Positions 32,775 to 48,000 of a stretch of 64,000 nucleotides of DNA are shown in pieces; position 1 is the stretch's first letter, and the number at the start of each line of letters is the position of its first letter. The notes beneath the pieces were generated by a model. That model searched no databases and was not told the origin of the DNA. It saw nothing but the letters and a program-made list of their open reading frames with translations. The position numbers and the translations under genes were made by a program. This DNA is from Tubulanus polymorphus (lineage: Eukaryota > Animalia > Nemertea): NCBI RefSeq assembly GCF_964204645.1, contig NC_134028.1, forward strand, positions 3,286,001 to 3,350,000. The letters are read 5' to 3'.

Positions 32775-35438
32775 AAAAGTTTTAAATATGTTAAGTTCGT
32801 TTTGTAAGGAATTCGGCGAAAAACCTAGATTTTCTACTCATGCAGGGAACGATATGAATCCGGCAGATTATGTAAGTCATCGAATGTAAGATATATCCCT
32901 GGTAATCGGGTACCTTTAAGGACGTTAGGCACATATCCAAACGTTCTTTTTTTCTCAAAATCAATTACACGAAGCTAAGTTGTTACGATGTTGCAAACTA
33001 CAAATAGTTTTCTGCACGTTTCAAATGTTAGACTGCAAACTAAAAGTATTTACCCCCATCTGAGCGTCTGTTTATTTGTTTACGCATTTTTAGAACCTGA
33101 CTGCGCTAGTTTTTAAAAAAGTTTTTTGTTCATGCGGCTACCGTTAACTTCGGTGGCTACTTAGGAGAAAAAATAATCGACGCTATCGTAGTTTCGTAAA
33201 TGCAACATTCTCTCGACAGATTCTGAAAATTGTTCCTCATCTCAATGATCTAAATTATGCACAGACTACGAAAGGATTGGGGTGGATATTTTCAAAACCA
33301 GGATGCCGTGTAGATATTTCTAGACAAATTACTTTTATCACCGAATTGGTGGATAAATCTGTTTTTCATGTAGTTTTCCGTTTGATCGATAGCTGCTTGG
33401 GAGAAGGTGAAGGTCGCTTAGTCGGCGCGTGGGATGTTAACGGCACTCCGATTTCGTCTAGAAGTTGTTCTTGCAGTGTTAATAAATTTTAAGACGACGT
33501 TAGATAGAAAGAAAGTTATATCCGTTGAACAAACTGGATAAAAGCCGTACAAAAAGTCCGACAAAAGTTAATTATAAATGACTATGAATGCTTGTATGTG
33601 CGCATAATGATTTCAGCGAAATTCATCAAATTATAGATTCGTATCTGAATAGAAAAAAAAACCAATGTAAGAAGGCGTTTTTGACTCGTTGTTGAGGCGT
33701 TGTTAAACGTTAGTGTGTTCTATTGCCACAAGTTGCAGTTTGTGTGCGTGTGTGTGCGTGCGCGTGTGCGTGTGTGGCGTATCAATCTGTTTTTCGAAAA
33801 TCTTTGTTTATGGAAAAGCGACATTTTAACTATGAACATGAAAATGATCAAACGACCCTCGACCGCGTTACGCGACTGTCATATAGGTGGGTGGATTTAA
33901 TGTGTTCAGCACTAGGTGAACTTCTATTTCAATTATCTGTACATACTAAAATGCATTTACATAACACACAACGGGGGCTGATCCTGTAATTATGGTTTAC
34001 CTCAAATGAATCAAGATGTTCCCCATCCTTTAAGTATAAATATGTAGATACAGAGATATTTGCCCATTGTCTCGTGCCATTTCATAATAGCCCAATACGA
34101 TGACAGCTGTATCGGCTGGGTCAACTCCGATACATTATCCAGGCCAGACCTGAACCCTCGTGTCAGCGACCCTCGATAGACGACGGGTGTGGCTGTCTGT
34201 TACTGTACCTTCTTAATTACATCAGGGAAGTGGCGATTAAATCTTCTGCCAAGGAAATCCCGTCACGAAAACAATCTTGGATGTCACATTTCAAACTGTT
34301 ATTTGAAAGATGATCGCTGATTTCGCAACTCGCTCTGACCGGACCCTGGGAGCTGTTGAAACGAAATTCTTCACGGAAACGAACACTTTTTGGGGTTCTC
34401 GATATTACGCCTTCCCAGGTGAACGTATCAATTACAAAATAACCCATACACAGCTTGCGCAAAACTCAAATGAGACCCCTAGAAAATCAAAGAGCTAGAT
34501 CCCACTGAAAGTATTTATCGAACAATTTGTTTAGTTCCCTTCCATTTGGTCAATTTAACTCAGTGAACTATTATGCCATTCAATATGATATATATAAAAA
34601 ACCAGCGAGCATAGTATTTCAGTCTGGTTCTAGATTCCCACGCTGGTAGGAAGTTCCCTGAAATACGTTCGAAAGATTTTTTTCCATAATATGCAGTGAT
34701 TTTGTCATGCATCCGTTCCGTATCACCGTTCATATACAGCTCCTTATAAGGGTCTAATATTAGAAAACAGTTTCCGAAAACATCATCTTTTTTTATGAAT
34801 CTGTTTAAATATAGAAGCGTGATTTCCCCGGCCGCAGTCAGAGCCAGATGACCCGCTGTGAGTTGGCTACAGAAATACTACCGAATAAACCCAGCTCGTT
34901 GCATACTACGCATCCTGTTCATGCGAAATAATTGCATAATTTCACTATATTTGACGTCACTGATGATACATGATTGTGTCGAAATCTGTGGCATAATTTT
35001 CTCACGGCTGATTTTTTCATCCCTAATAGTACTCGGAAGTGATGGTATAGTTTTTTTTTATCGAGTGAACCCTTCACTTCTTTAAACAGGTAAACATTTC
35101 TTTTTCATGATTTGTTTTCACTTTTGAACCTCAAGATCTATTCAGTCAACAAACACGTCCCTAAAAAGCAGTATTTGTCCCTAAGGCCCGAGTTAACGAT
35201 CTATAAATATCATTATCAAGTAATAACTTTATGAGTTTTTTATTACAATCCTCCCTTCCTTACTTGCACCTTCATATTGTCATACGGAATCCACTAATTG
35301 CGGATCGTCAACGAACTGTAGTAAATAAACAGTTATACAGCTCATCGTATAACCGCGTAAATTGCCGCCCGCGGATGCCGCTAGATGACCTCACAGTCGC
35401 GCTGAAAATGGTATATTCAGTACCGAGTCGAACGAGCG

Positions 35439-35452
35439 TCAGTCAGTCAGTC
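35439..35452 (+). promoter_or_regulatory. Candidate initiator (TCAGT x3) upstream of the NtA-domain gene
   Basis: TCAGTCAGTCAGTC ~70 nt upstream of the ATG at 35519. TCAGT is the protostome Inr core. Confidence 0.3.
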
Positions 35453-35518
35453 AACAGACATGTAGCGATATAGCGCGGAGATAGGAGTAATCGCTCTTCA
35501 ACTGAGAGATCCAGTAGT

Positions 35519-36002
35519 ATGGGAAACTGGACAAAAAGCCACGTATGGCTACTGTTGTTATTAATTTTCATGTGTATTGTGCGTTGTTTTTGTAAAATAT
35601 GTGGATCATCGTTTGACGATGTGCAATCGCGTGCAATTCTGGCAGATATCGTTGCCGAGGGGAAAATAGATATAACCTACGGCGGGGACCCGAATCTCGG
35701 CGTGTTGGGCCGATACAACGCCAGCGTGACGATATTCAAAACGTTCAAAGGGGAACTGACACCGCCACCGACGCGGTCCGGTCGCAAACATCGAAAGAAA
35801 GTTCTAGCCACCGTGAAAATCGGTGAATTCGCGCCGAAAACGGACGCCGAGCAATGTGTGATGGATGTTTCCGCGGAGAAAAAGTATATTTTCTTCCTAC
35901 GAAAAACTCAACAGGAAAATTATTATAAAAACGCTATTTTACCGGTCGAAAGCGGGAAAACCACGTTACGGCAAATTCGGGCGATCCTACAGCCTGATTC
36001 GG
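35519..36002 (+). CDS. First coding exon of a secreted/membrane protein with signal peptide + NtA (agrin N-terminal/TIMP-like OB-fold) domain; most likely a vein/pro-neuregulin-like EGF ligand (partial, continues beyond the window)
   Basis: Hydrophobic signal peptide (VWLLLLLIFMCIVRCFC), then C....VQSRAILADIVAEGKI...YNASVTIFKTFKG...VKIGEF...EQCV..V...KKYIFFL. Ends TCG G|gtaagt, a strong phase-1 donor typical before an Ig/EGF module. Confidence 0.75.
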
Positions 36003-39000
36003 GTAAGTCATTGCACGTGTCTATCAAAAAGTGATATAAAGTTGAAACGAAAAAAAATGAAATATGTAACTTTACGCTAGTACATGAAGCGACGATGGTC
36101 AAGATACGTATGTATCATCTCGTATCTAGCGATATCAACTCACCCGCATAACGTAGGAGTGTTGTATGGTTTGGAATCATAACTTCTTTTGTTTTCTCAA
36201 ATCGTACTCCAGTTTCCAATATTAGCTCTTATAGTCTATCTATAAACCTGTGCAGATTATGTAATGCATTTATTTCTGAACGCGAGAAGTGTACGGCGCA
36301 CCGGCGCTCGAACATTGATGGTGATTTTCGCAAAATTTATACTGGTTTCTAATTATCTAATTACGGGTTGTGTTCCAGCGCAAACACATGCGAGGTCCAT
36401 CCACCGCGTGAGCACGCTCGCTTGCTGCCTGGTTAATTGCTCCATTTCCGGCGGTGCGTCTCTGTGACGAATTCCAATTGCCGGTATGAAATAGGAGCCC
36501 TCGATCCAACGCGATATATCTAAACCAACTACAAGAGGGGTTTCTTAAAATGAGGCATCACGGTGTTGCTGAATGTTGTTTTTGTGTGGCTGCTCGGTAA
36601 TAAGAAAAATGCAGTTCTTTCATGGGCGTTGAAACATTTTGGGGGCGACCCGAATACGCAATTCAAGTGCGTGCACCGCAGAACGTGGGCGAGAAGTTGT
36701 TATAGCGTTCGAGTCGCACATATGCTCCCAACTCCTGAGAGTTTATTCGGTTATACAAAAATAATGAATATCGATATCCAAGTATATGCATCGCTTTTAA
36801 GGGACCATTGATGCTCGCGGTGGCGGGTGAACTGGAACAGACAGATCGCCGAGTTGTATCAGGTCATACCCGGTGACTTACAGACTTACTGACAGCTTTC
36901 TGAGGACATAAATTCCCGTAGCGAAATCTCTTACAGCCAAAGCCGCATGTCTCACGTATATCGGCATTAATGTCGTTTACGAGTGCTGTATTATGTGAAT
37001 GGTGACATATAAATTCCCCGCATACTGTCGTGTACGAGTCAGTCGGTCTCTTCTTGCGATATCTCACGAGTGTAAGCGAAGGTATTTGTCGACAAAAAGA
37101 ATACAGTAGTCCGCGATTTATATTTGTATTAATTTCGTATTGATTAGAATACGAACGTGTATACATGAGATCTCTTTCTTCAACGTACGACGTATCCAAT
37201 CAATATTCTCCGAGGAACTTAGATTCGGGCGGAATTTTGCGTCTAAAATACTTGCATATTGTTTATACTTAAAATCGTTTTTATATGATATAGCTCAGGA
37301 GTTTCCCTATAACTACACCCCGATATTACATCAGTGTCCATCTAAGTTCTTCTGTAGCAAGGAGGCAATTGTTACGAGACAAGTTTGACAATTCCTTTAC
37401 AGTCGGATGGACCAGCTATTATGAAATAAGAGTAAAGTGATTGTTGTGACGGATCATCAGGATCCAGCTCTGAGCACTGACTGCGCTGTTGCAGCAACCT
37501 TACTCATGCTGTGTCTGGCGAAATAATGTCGACAGCATCAATCGTCTTGTTTCAAACCCTAGTGGATTAGTCAACTCGGGAAGATTATCTCGTTGTTCGC
37601 TTATCTTCAAATGGAAACAGAATTCAATCTGTTTCGATGAGCGCCGTTCGTGTGTCGTGTAGTCGTTGTTGATGATGCTGTTTCGCTGCGACGACTCGAT
37701 CTGTCCTATCTCTGTTCTCTTCGTCTCATCTACACGTTAACAGTTATTTGTGATACTCGGGTAGTGATAATAACTGTAATTAAAATCTCATGATAAACAA
37801 TCATGTAATATGATAGAGTATGCATCTTTCGTGTACTGTCTTCTTAGGGATTTGGCTTAGATTACGCACATCTAAGTTATTGACATTTCAATGATACAGC
37901 AACTGAGAATGTATTTTCTTTCTCTTACAACGCAGAAAATGTATCATTTGTGTTTGATTTGAAATTAAATCGAGTTACAAACGTTCAAAATCTACTGGCA
38001 TTTATGATTAATTTTCTGTCGAAGAAGTTGGCTCGAAATATTGAATTTCAATGCCTTTGTCACCTTTGGTTTGAGGCTGAAATGTCGATGCCTTGCAGTG
38101 CAACGGCCTTGGAATAGCGACGTATCGTTGTCATAAAAGGCTGATGGGATAAATGCGGCTTTTAAGAATAATCAATACAATCATGTTTTAGCTTTTGCTG
38201 ATACTGATAGTGTCTTGGCGACAATTAAGACCTGGTGCACTAAGCTGCATTAAGAATCGTTTGTATTTATACAATCTTTACACGAAAAAATCGCCAGACA
38301 ACAGCAACTGAGGTTGTTTAATTCTATATGTGCGCGGATAATACGTCCGTCGTCATTTTAAGCGACCTGCGGAAAATGTTAAGAATATTTTGCGTTAATA
38401 TGAATGATTTTCTTCACGCGGGGATAAGATGAAATTAATTTTATATTCATGGGAAGGTTGTCTAACATTTAAGTGTGTTAATTTCTTCAAATGATATTCA
38501 TAATGCGATTTTGACCCCCGGTTTTGACCGCCTGTAAATTGTGCAGCCACCAATCCTAAGCAGATTTTCTTTTGAAATAAGAGTCTTCTAATTCATCAAC
38601 AAATTCAACGTGCTAATGAACAAGAATATGTTTTATACAGTACGTATATCTTCACTTGATGAGTACAAATTGTTTGCATTGACTTTATCTGTATGTGGTT
38701 TGAATGAAACGTAGAAAATAAGCCAATTTTACGCTGTAGATAATACATAGGAGGTCACGAATGTGTGACTGGGATTTTCTTTAAGAATTCAAGTGTATAG
38801 AAATACGGTTATCGTTTTTATGTATTGCCAACATACATTAATAGTAAACTTCGAACGGTCATATCGTTCATCTGATTATATTTTCTTCGTTACGTTTACG
38901 TTTCATAAAAATGGTTAAAATTTTTTTTTTTTTTTCATTTAAATGATTCATTATCAAAAGTGCCAAACGTTGAAATCTCATTTTCTATTATTCTTCTATA

Positions 39001-42000
39001 TGATACACGTTGTTTGCATGAAAATGTGGATACAGAGGAATTAAAGTATATACTTAGTATAATTGTTTAACGTCTTAGAATAAAATGACGCCGAATATAG
39101 TCAATTTACTGAATCAGACGTGGAAACGGCTCGAAAACATATAATCGTTATTTTCCATCTCGATTTAATATTTTGCCTTCTATTCCTACGCAGACACTAT
39201 AAATTCAACTTGTGATACCGCATAGCTTCGCAATTACGCCGACAAATAAATATTATTCTGTAAATAACGCGATATTTACCTACGTCTCATAAATTAGACA
39301 TCAATTCAGGGCAAAGGTTTTGTGAAGTAAGCTGTTTTCTGCAACCTGGATGGCCTTGTGCGTTGTTTTGGTTGCTTTGTCCGTCCAGACGCTGTAAACA
39401 TGTCTATGATTATCACGAATCATTATTGTGTTTTAATGAAAACTATTTTCATGTCATACGTAATACAACTGATTATGAATTTCCTTTCGAGGAAAAGTTG
39501 CCACACGTGCGTTTTTAACTCTTTTTGAACTTTCTGTGTGTGTGTCCGGAAAACAGTTTGAACGGAAAACCAATTCCAGCTACAATACAAACGTTTGATG
39601 GAAAGATAACGTCAATAGTGAAATATTTTACAGGTAGAGATGAAATAATAATGCGCGGGCTTAGATGATATGCTCTCAGCGTCGAAATGCTATTTGAATT
39701 GGCATGAAAGTACTTGCGTCAAGTTACATTAAAACAACATCGTTGAGTTTTTTCCCTTGTATCTCGTGTGACTGTAAATTTAATGACCGCGTTTTGATAG
39801 TGAGGATTGAGGGGGTGAGTAGGTGTGTTCGGATAATCGGGTTTGTGATTAATACTGCCGGGTTTAACAGCGTCTGACAAGCAAATCGTGTAGTTTTCTC
39901 ATTCTTGCAAGTAAGCTATGGAAACCATGTGTGTAACGGGCTAAATATACCCCGAGCTTGCTATCCAGGGACGTTCGGAGTATTCGTGTTACCCATCCAG
40001 TACAGTTACCGCGATTCTAACATCGGTTGTACAAGTTTTATCAACGACCACTTTTACGATCAACGCGATCTTTAACTTCATCTTGTAGCGGTGGTATAAG
40101 CGTCATTGCAACGATTTCTGATTTCTGCAAATTGTTGTTCAACGGAGTCCTTGCCAAGTTCCTATAAAACCTGTTGTATGTAATACTAAGAAGACCCTAA
40201 CGCCTCTATATAAAGCAATTAATTCTAAACAACGAAGTCGAAGGTTTCCGTGCATTAAACACGATGCTGAACACGCTCACCTTATTCGTCTACGTCACTT
40301 GTAACATTTGAGGGATGGTAGTTATAGTTGGAAAAGTCGTCCGCTTTGCTCTTGGGCATAAAAGTTTCAGCCATCACTCGGAATTTGATGTAGCTCGTAT
40401 CGGGTTGACAGTTACGTCCATTATTAACGAACCTTCAATTTCATACTCGATTCATTTGGAATTTTAAGCTCCACCATGCCGTCCCTTTGATTCAAAACAT
40501 CTCCAGCAATACTGCCTTTCCATTATCCTCAACAGTTTGAGAGGCTTCGTCTAGCCGATCAATTATCGATTAATCAACTAATTTACAACTATTTTTATCA
40601 TTTTATGTTACTAATTCTAAGGCGGGAAAGTTCAAATAATTGACCTGGAAAATTGTCAGCGTTTTCTGGTTATGGATAGTTAAGTTGAATGTATCGACTG
40701 TGATGTCTTCGTTCTTTGCACCATGCGATAGTGTGATATTACATCTCGTTTGGTTCTCTTGGTTTCATGTTCGTACTGATGATGGTGAGTAGCAGTGCGC
40801 GGCCAATACTCTTCCGCCGACCACTTGCTATTTATTCATTTCCATAAATACATAATCGGAGTACTCAGCGGTGGAAATAAATGTGTTAGACTTGCGACCG
40901 AGTGGACGTGATCGTAGCTACCGATACGGCGTTTCTCGGGTACTTTTAGTGTTTTTATCACCGTCAGTATGTATAAGTAATGGCCAATATGAGGTAATAT
41001 ATCGCGTACTCGCTTGCCACAGGTAGCTCGATGGGACTGCAGATCGGGGAAAGCGGCGAAATTTGAAATTAATGGAAAAATCTGAAAATTCCGTTGAAAA
41101 AAAAATCGGCGCTAATATTCATCATCGTACACAGAACAGCAATTTTTTTACAGGCACCAGACAATAATGTCTGCTACCCTACCCCTTATAAATACTAACT
41201 TTCCAGACAATATAATCCACTGTACCTCTCTCCTCCAATTGGATAGCGGGTCTGGCAATATATGCACCGAGAATAATGAATCGATTTATATCTGTATAAT
41301 TGGTAATTTCTTTATTGAACGGATGTCGACGACTGGATCGAAAAAGCAAGTTGTAAACACCAACAATAACGTCGTCTGTCTGTCGTTAAGAGTCGTCTGC
41401 GTTAAACTCGCCGAAATGGAAAACATCGTCGTCGCCCAGTTCCATAAAGATTGATTAGGCACAAGATAGACAAATGCATATTGCGTTTATAGTCGGCTAA
41501 ATCATAAGGATAATCGGCAGGAAACTTGTTTGCTCCGATTCAATAAATCGAAGTAGGAATCGCTACGAAATTCAATTGACCGAGTTGTTTTTGCGCTCGC
41601 GTGGATGATTTGAAATGATAACAAAAATGTTTCTCGGCTTGAAGTCATGCGCACTGTTGATCTGTAACTGTGCGAGGTTTGATGTGTTTAGTCTGTATAA
41701 ACATCGCCAATTGATGAATGCATTTCTACGATTGCCTATACGATAATCGGGCATTCGCGATATTTTATAAAAAATCGCATTGTGTTAATGTACCGAATTC
41801 AAGAATCTAGCTACTCCTTATTATCAAATATACAAATATAACACGAAGAAATTGTTAATCCTATACACGCTTTAGCATATCTGATAATTTTATCAAATAT
41901 CGTATAACATTTAAAGTCTTTAAAATTTTTGAATCATTTTGACGAAGTGCAAATGTTTATCTGCTGCAGCAGTGGTAAAATTAGCATATTACAACTTTAA

Positions 42001-45000
42001 CTCCACGCGACCTTCACCCCGCTGACTTTTTGTAGGTCAGCATCTGCACCTCGTCCGAGGAGTTGTATTTTACATCTATAAATCACTGGTCAATCAATGG
42101 CGGCGGTGTATGATACTAATTATATGAAGATACGTTGAATATAATCTTCACTTGAGGTCTACGCAGTATCGCAGCTAGCTCTTAGGAAGCCGAGTTTCTG
42201 ACAGCGCAACTTCATTAGTGTGTGGTCTGGGTGATTTTACATCGAACTAGGTAATACTCAGGCGGCTCACCTGTTTTTACTTTGATGCCGACTTACCTTT
42301 CTCCCTCTCGTGGACCCTCGCGCTGTCCAATTAGCCAAAGGGTTCAACCGGTCTATTCGATGACGTCACTAATTAGTTTGCGCATCTCCATTAACCATCG
42401 GCTTGAATACGTTTCAAGTTCAAAAGTTTTGTTGAATCGACGGCTCAGCAGTCGGCCCGGGTTAACGCGGTGTGTTCTTCATCGGATACGTTCGATGGTC
42501 CGTAATCCGGTTTCTACGCACGTTCATCCGTGAAATAGGTTTTGGAAATGAAAGAAACATAAAGCTAAGCTTAAGTAAACTTGATGTTCGCAGATAGTAC
42601 GCACAAAACCAATAGTGGGTTAATCAGTCCCGGAGTGCTGGAGCCTAAATAGCAAAACAGCCTACCTTACTTCTGTCCAATAGAAATTTTGATTCGAATT
42701 CAATATAAAAAAGAAAAACAATTTAGATGTGTAGCATGCCGTAAATTGTGAATTTCTGCTTATTTTTGAGGAAGGTATTTATAACTTGTTTTGCTACACG
42801 TGACCTTTGCCGCGTTAAAAGTGTAGATCAGATTCATAGAAATTGCGCCGTTCGCGTCTAGTTTGTTGGCTGTTATAAACGGTTTAACCGTTTTCGTGTC
42901 TATTACACGAAGAAAGCGAACACGATTTCACCGCCTGATCATTTTATACAAATGTACCACCGCCGCGGCAGTAAGTACCGCGCCTAAATTCAGTGGAAAA
43001 CCGTATTACTGCAGTCAGGTGAACATCTTGAACGAATTTCTGATCGAACCGATATTGCCGTTGATAGCTACCATCCTTTATGTAACATCAAAACTCTCAC
43101 AGCGATGAAGGGTGTTAATGAAAGTTTCCTTTCCGTTGCGATATATTCCGGTCCATATTTCCGGCGCGGCGCTACACGATCAGCGGTCTTAAGATCTTGA
43201 TTTTAACCTGTTGCATTTTGTATCAATTCTATCGTTAACCGTAGTAACCTTCGAAAAACACATTATTCGAATGGAAAAAATATGTACGTGCCCAATTAGC
43301 CACCGAGATGACACTAATTAATCGGGTTTCTTAGAACAGAGGGAAGTTTACTGAAAAGTTATCGTTGTTTACTCTCTGGCCTCTGTTTACTGAACACGTG
43401 TTACTGTTTATTCTGTTTACATCGAAGATAAAGCAAAAATTCGGACGATTTCCTAACCTGTGGTTTTTTTGTGTGACAAGAGAGGATTTTGAATTTTTCG
43501 CTCGTCACAACTCGTTATCACTAAAACGCCTCGGTTTGTTTACAAACAATTCGGTATTTTCTACCGAATCGTTTTTGCTCGATTCCGGATATTAGTAATG
43601 GCCAGCTGTGTCGGCGGTCACGGGGAATAACCAAATCATTTTGAATAATTTAGTTTCCCGGGTGGCGCGATCAATATTGAACTGTTGGCAAATAAACTCT
43701 TATACCACAACATCAAAATCTGTCAATAGCTTAACAACGGAAGGTGACCAAACTCCGGATTATTTGCACTCACTGTTTGTAACCCAATCTCAAAGCAAAA
43801 AATGAAGTGCTGGACCTGATCGGAAGCGTGGAAATCGGATTCGGTTTCAAGTGCCTGCGAGACTTTCAAAGGCATCTTTTGCTCGTTAATTGACGCACGT
43901 ACCCGCTAAATGACACCGGCTTAGTGTCGCGCACAAGCCCTGTCGTCACCGGGCTACCCTCGATCTACCGGAAAACCCTAGAACTGAAGAAATCTCTTGT
44001 CCGTCATTATTGTTCCGATGGAAGAGACGGCACACGTATGGAATCATTCGTAATCCAATACATCTCGATCGCCGGCGCTTGTAATGAAATTAGGCAACTC
44101 CAGACCTTAATCCCTGGTATTCAACACACAGCTCGTCATCGTGTTTTATATGCAGATGTTCAGGGCTGCATCAGTCGCCAAAACAACGATAAATAGATCC
44201 TGATTTCGAGCGCGCCAAATCCTCTCCTATACTGTATCGATGTGGGTATAGCTTTCGCCCGTTTATGGATGTATCCCGCACATCTCCCAGTAAGTCTCGC
44301 ATCTCTTATCATCTACACTTCTGCCATAAAACAATTTTCGTAAAAATCAATAGCTTCGCGGGAGAGGCAGAGACGGAGAGAGAGAGAGAGAGCCAGTGAG
44401 AGTGAACAGGAGAATTAAGCGAGCTGCAATTCGACCTAATTTGTTAGCGTGATAATTGCAATCAACGCGAAAATAGATCGTCAATAAAGAATGCAAATAT
44501 TGCTGCCATAAAACCCCGGCGACCAAGTAGCGTCATTTACAACGAAACGCTCGAATGTAATGAAACTTTACAGTCGAATTGCGTTGTTGTAGATATCGGA
44601 AAAAGCCTCTATTCAATGAGGAACTGACCGGGATTCACGACAATCAGTATTGTTAAAAGATTCCTCGTCTATCGATGAAATCTATACGTTTTATGTCGTT
44701 TAGTCACAGATTGTTGTAACAGTTGCCTGAAAATGATTTAATTAAACGTGCTTATGTTAGTTAATTATGAACGGTGGAGGATTTATTAGCGAGAGAATCG
44801 GTCGCAGATTTTGACTTTTAATCTTCGATTGCTTATCTTAATTCTATCTTATATTTTTTTCTCAGTCACTGAAATGAACGTCTTTTAATTTGAATATTCT
44901 TGACTTTGTTATGGGCAGAAAGGTTTTCTCCTTGGCATACAACTTCCTGCAGGTAGGTATGGCGAACCTTGTGCTACCAGATTTCCATTTCTAGCAGATG

Positions 45001-48000
45001 CCATGGAGTATTATTGACTTGGTTGCCTCGTATCGAGGGCATCTCATATCAGAAGGCATTACCAACCGGGCAGAATTCACAGCGCGGGTGATAGATTTCA
45101 TTTAAAAACGATTGTGAACTACACGCAGATGAAGAGTGCTCCTGAAAATGCGTTTAATTCCGCTCAAGCACTGCTTCAGATATTGATAATTGCGATTCGT
45201 GTCGACTCAGTCGTACAAAACAAGAGCTCGAATTGAATTCCGATGAAACACAGGCGCGGTATCGTTGTCATCGTTGTCGGTCAGTCAAGCTGTTTGATCA
45301 ATGCGTCTTTACATTAGCACTTCGTAATAAAGTGTTAACTGGATACAGAACTATTTCGAGTTGCTCATAATGAGCTTATTTTCCAGAACCAATATTGTGA
45401 TGTGATATAGGTATTGTGTTTGTCAAGGCGATTAGTTTTTCACGAAAAGAAGTTTTCAGCCTTTCTTATAATTTATGAGATGTGACCCGGATGTATAGCG
45501 TGCGTGGAACTGCTGCAGGTATATTTTCGCGTGGGATCAAGTCAAAAGCTTTTGAAAACCGGCAATCCTCTAATTTGGGAAGAACTGCATATATTTGAAA
45601 GTCAATCCATCAATTAAGATCTACCGTTATGCGTACATCTTACTGTTTAAGTTCCTCTGTATTATCATTTCAGGGTTTCAATTCAGGCACATGGGAATTT
45701 GATGTGAGTGATTCAATGCAGTTTTGGTCCCGGAACAACCGCTTAGAGGCTCTGTTCTTAAATCTTCCGGGAAAAGAATTTGGTGTTGTTATAAATCTGC
45801 GGTTGATAAAGTGTTTTCAACTGGGAAATGTTTAGCATATTTTGAAAGTGAATTTTACAATTCGCGCTAAATCCTGTTGTGGCGCGTAGGCGAGAAATCG
45901 AGAATGAAAATACAAATTCCAGGCCTGTTTTTATTGCATCTACTTCGGGCGTATTTCGAGTAGGAATGAGCTCATAACTTAACGTTTAATTGTCTACCAA
46001 TTATTTCCAGTAAATAGCACCCTGAAGGCGAGGTTGAGTAAATCTCGTAACGAAATAATACGAAGATGAGTCCGCAATTCAACGGTTAAGAAATCCAGTC
46101 GACATGTGTTAAGTTCATTTTCAAACTTCATCTACTGCAATAACATACGAACGCTTCCAAGTGAACCGTTTCAAAAACAACTTGTAAATTTACGGCCATG
46201 ACGTCATGTGTCAGTGGCTGTAGACAGCGCCGTCTGTTCCTCTCTAAGCCGCTAACTCTTTCGCTCTGTCCGTATTGCTGCGACCTTGTAGTCTTAGTAA
46301 ATAAGTTTCCGTGGCCGAGGCAGCGGCTCCCTTTTAATGTCTGGCAGTTGAGCTTGTTGTCGAAATCGAGTTCACAGAACTACGCGTTCGATCTCTGCGA
46401 TAATCGATGAAAACCAATCATTAGCCGCGGCGTTACTTGTCGACGTAACGCGCAACTGTTCCCGGTTTGAATTCCAACCATTCAGCAAAACTGCTCATTC
46501 TATATAACAGTTCCTTTTGAACGAATACCAACTACCTCTTCCGAGTTCGCAAACCTCCGCAAAGCCTTTAGGTTAGTGTCACAACCGAACATCTACCAGG
46601 CTATGAACATTCTTCAGATCTCGTTATGCGTGGTTCTTCACTGCCTGATGATTCGAAGAAAAAGTATATTGAAAAAGTATATCATATACACATTATGTAT
46701 CATATACCTATATGAATGTGTGTTAGTATTAGATGGAATACGAAGGTATCAGATGCATTATATACCACCTGTGAGACTGCAAGCGTCTGCTGCTACCGGT
46801 CCGCGGTAAAAAGAAACCAGCCAACCCGAAATAGATAACACATTCAGAACAAAAACATTTCATCATATTCACTAGTACTACGATACAATATGTTATGTCG
46901 CGAATATTACGATTAAGAAAATCTAGAACCGAGCAAAACAAGTGATCCCTTATCAAAAATTCACGTTGTCATCATATCACGTGTCAAAGGCGGTTTTTAT
47001 TATTGTCATCAGAAGCCAGGGCAACATTCAAGGTAAAAAGTGAGAGAGGAAGTTACCGCCTTCTCGTTGCGCGGTATCAATCTCCACAATATGCGCGAAA
47101 ATGTCATCTCGTCACCGGATTCCGATAATCATGGCGGCGAGACGTTCGATGACTTCGAGTGCGCACCGCACGTATTCGAAAACAGAATAACAGAAATCTG
47201 GGTTTTTTTTTTCGTATCAGATAATGTTGTCAATCGTGCACGTAAAAATATCCACCTCAAGCGACAACGGCTGGTAATATTTGCTACCGCGTTTGCATAT
47301 TAACTGCCAGTTTCAAACGCTAGTCGATAAATCTAGCTTTTATCCTCGCGAACGTAATTATGAATCGAGTAAAAACAAACGATCAACGCAGACACTGCAT
47401 TCAGCCTCGGGTTATCAACGATGCCTTCAGTTTCAACTCTGGCGAATACAACATCGAAATAGACCTTTTTCGATTCATTAATCTAATCAAACTCACGTGT
47501 AAGAATCTGGCTAGGGAAGTATTTATGTACAATATTCAATTTCTTACTGTTCAATTGCGTCCTTATTTTAGTTCGTCGTGCCCTTTTCTCTGTCTCTGGG
47601 AAAACTTTGCATCTATTTGTCTAAATTTGTAGCGTCATACCTGCAGCATCTAGGGATTGCGTGTGGTTCTCTTCGAAAGTTTCGTCATTTCGACGAGAAA
47701 TGTATCTTTAATGATACAATTCAATTCGCGAGGCCCCAGCGTTTCCTCTTTGGTCATTTGAATATCACGCGAAGTGTAGGTGTTATGTAAAGATACATTG
47801 CATAAAACTTTTTTTTTCACGTCTAGGGGCGCATTTTAACACGATATGGAACATTATCATTGCGTAGTCGAGTCATTTTACGAAAATGTCGAGTATTATA
47901 TTTCCAGCCCTCGAAAGTTGAATGAAAAATCTTGACATTTACGACGTAAACACGATTCGACGAGGAAAAAAGTTGTCTGGTTCATAAAAGATACCAAAAG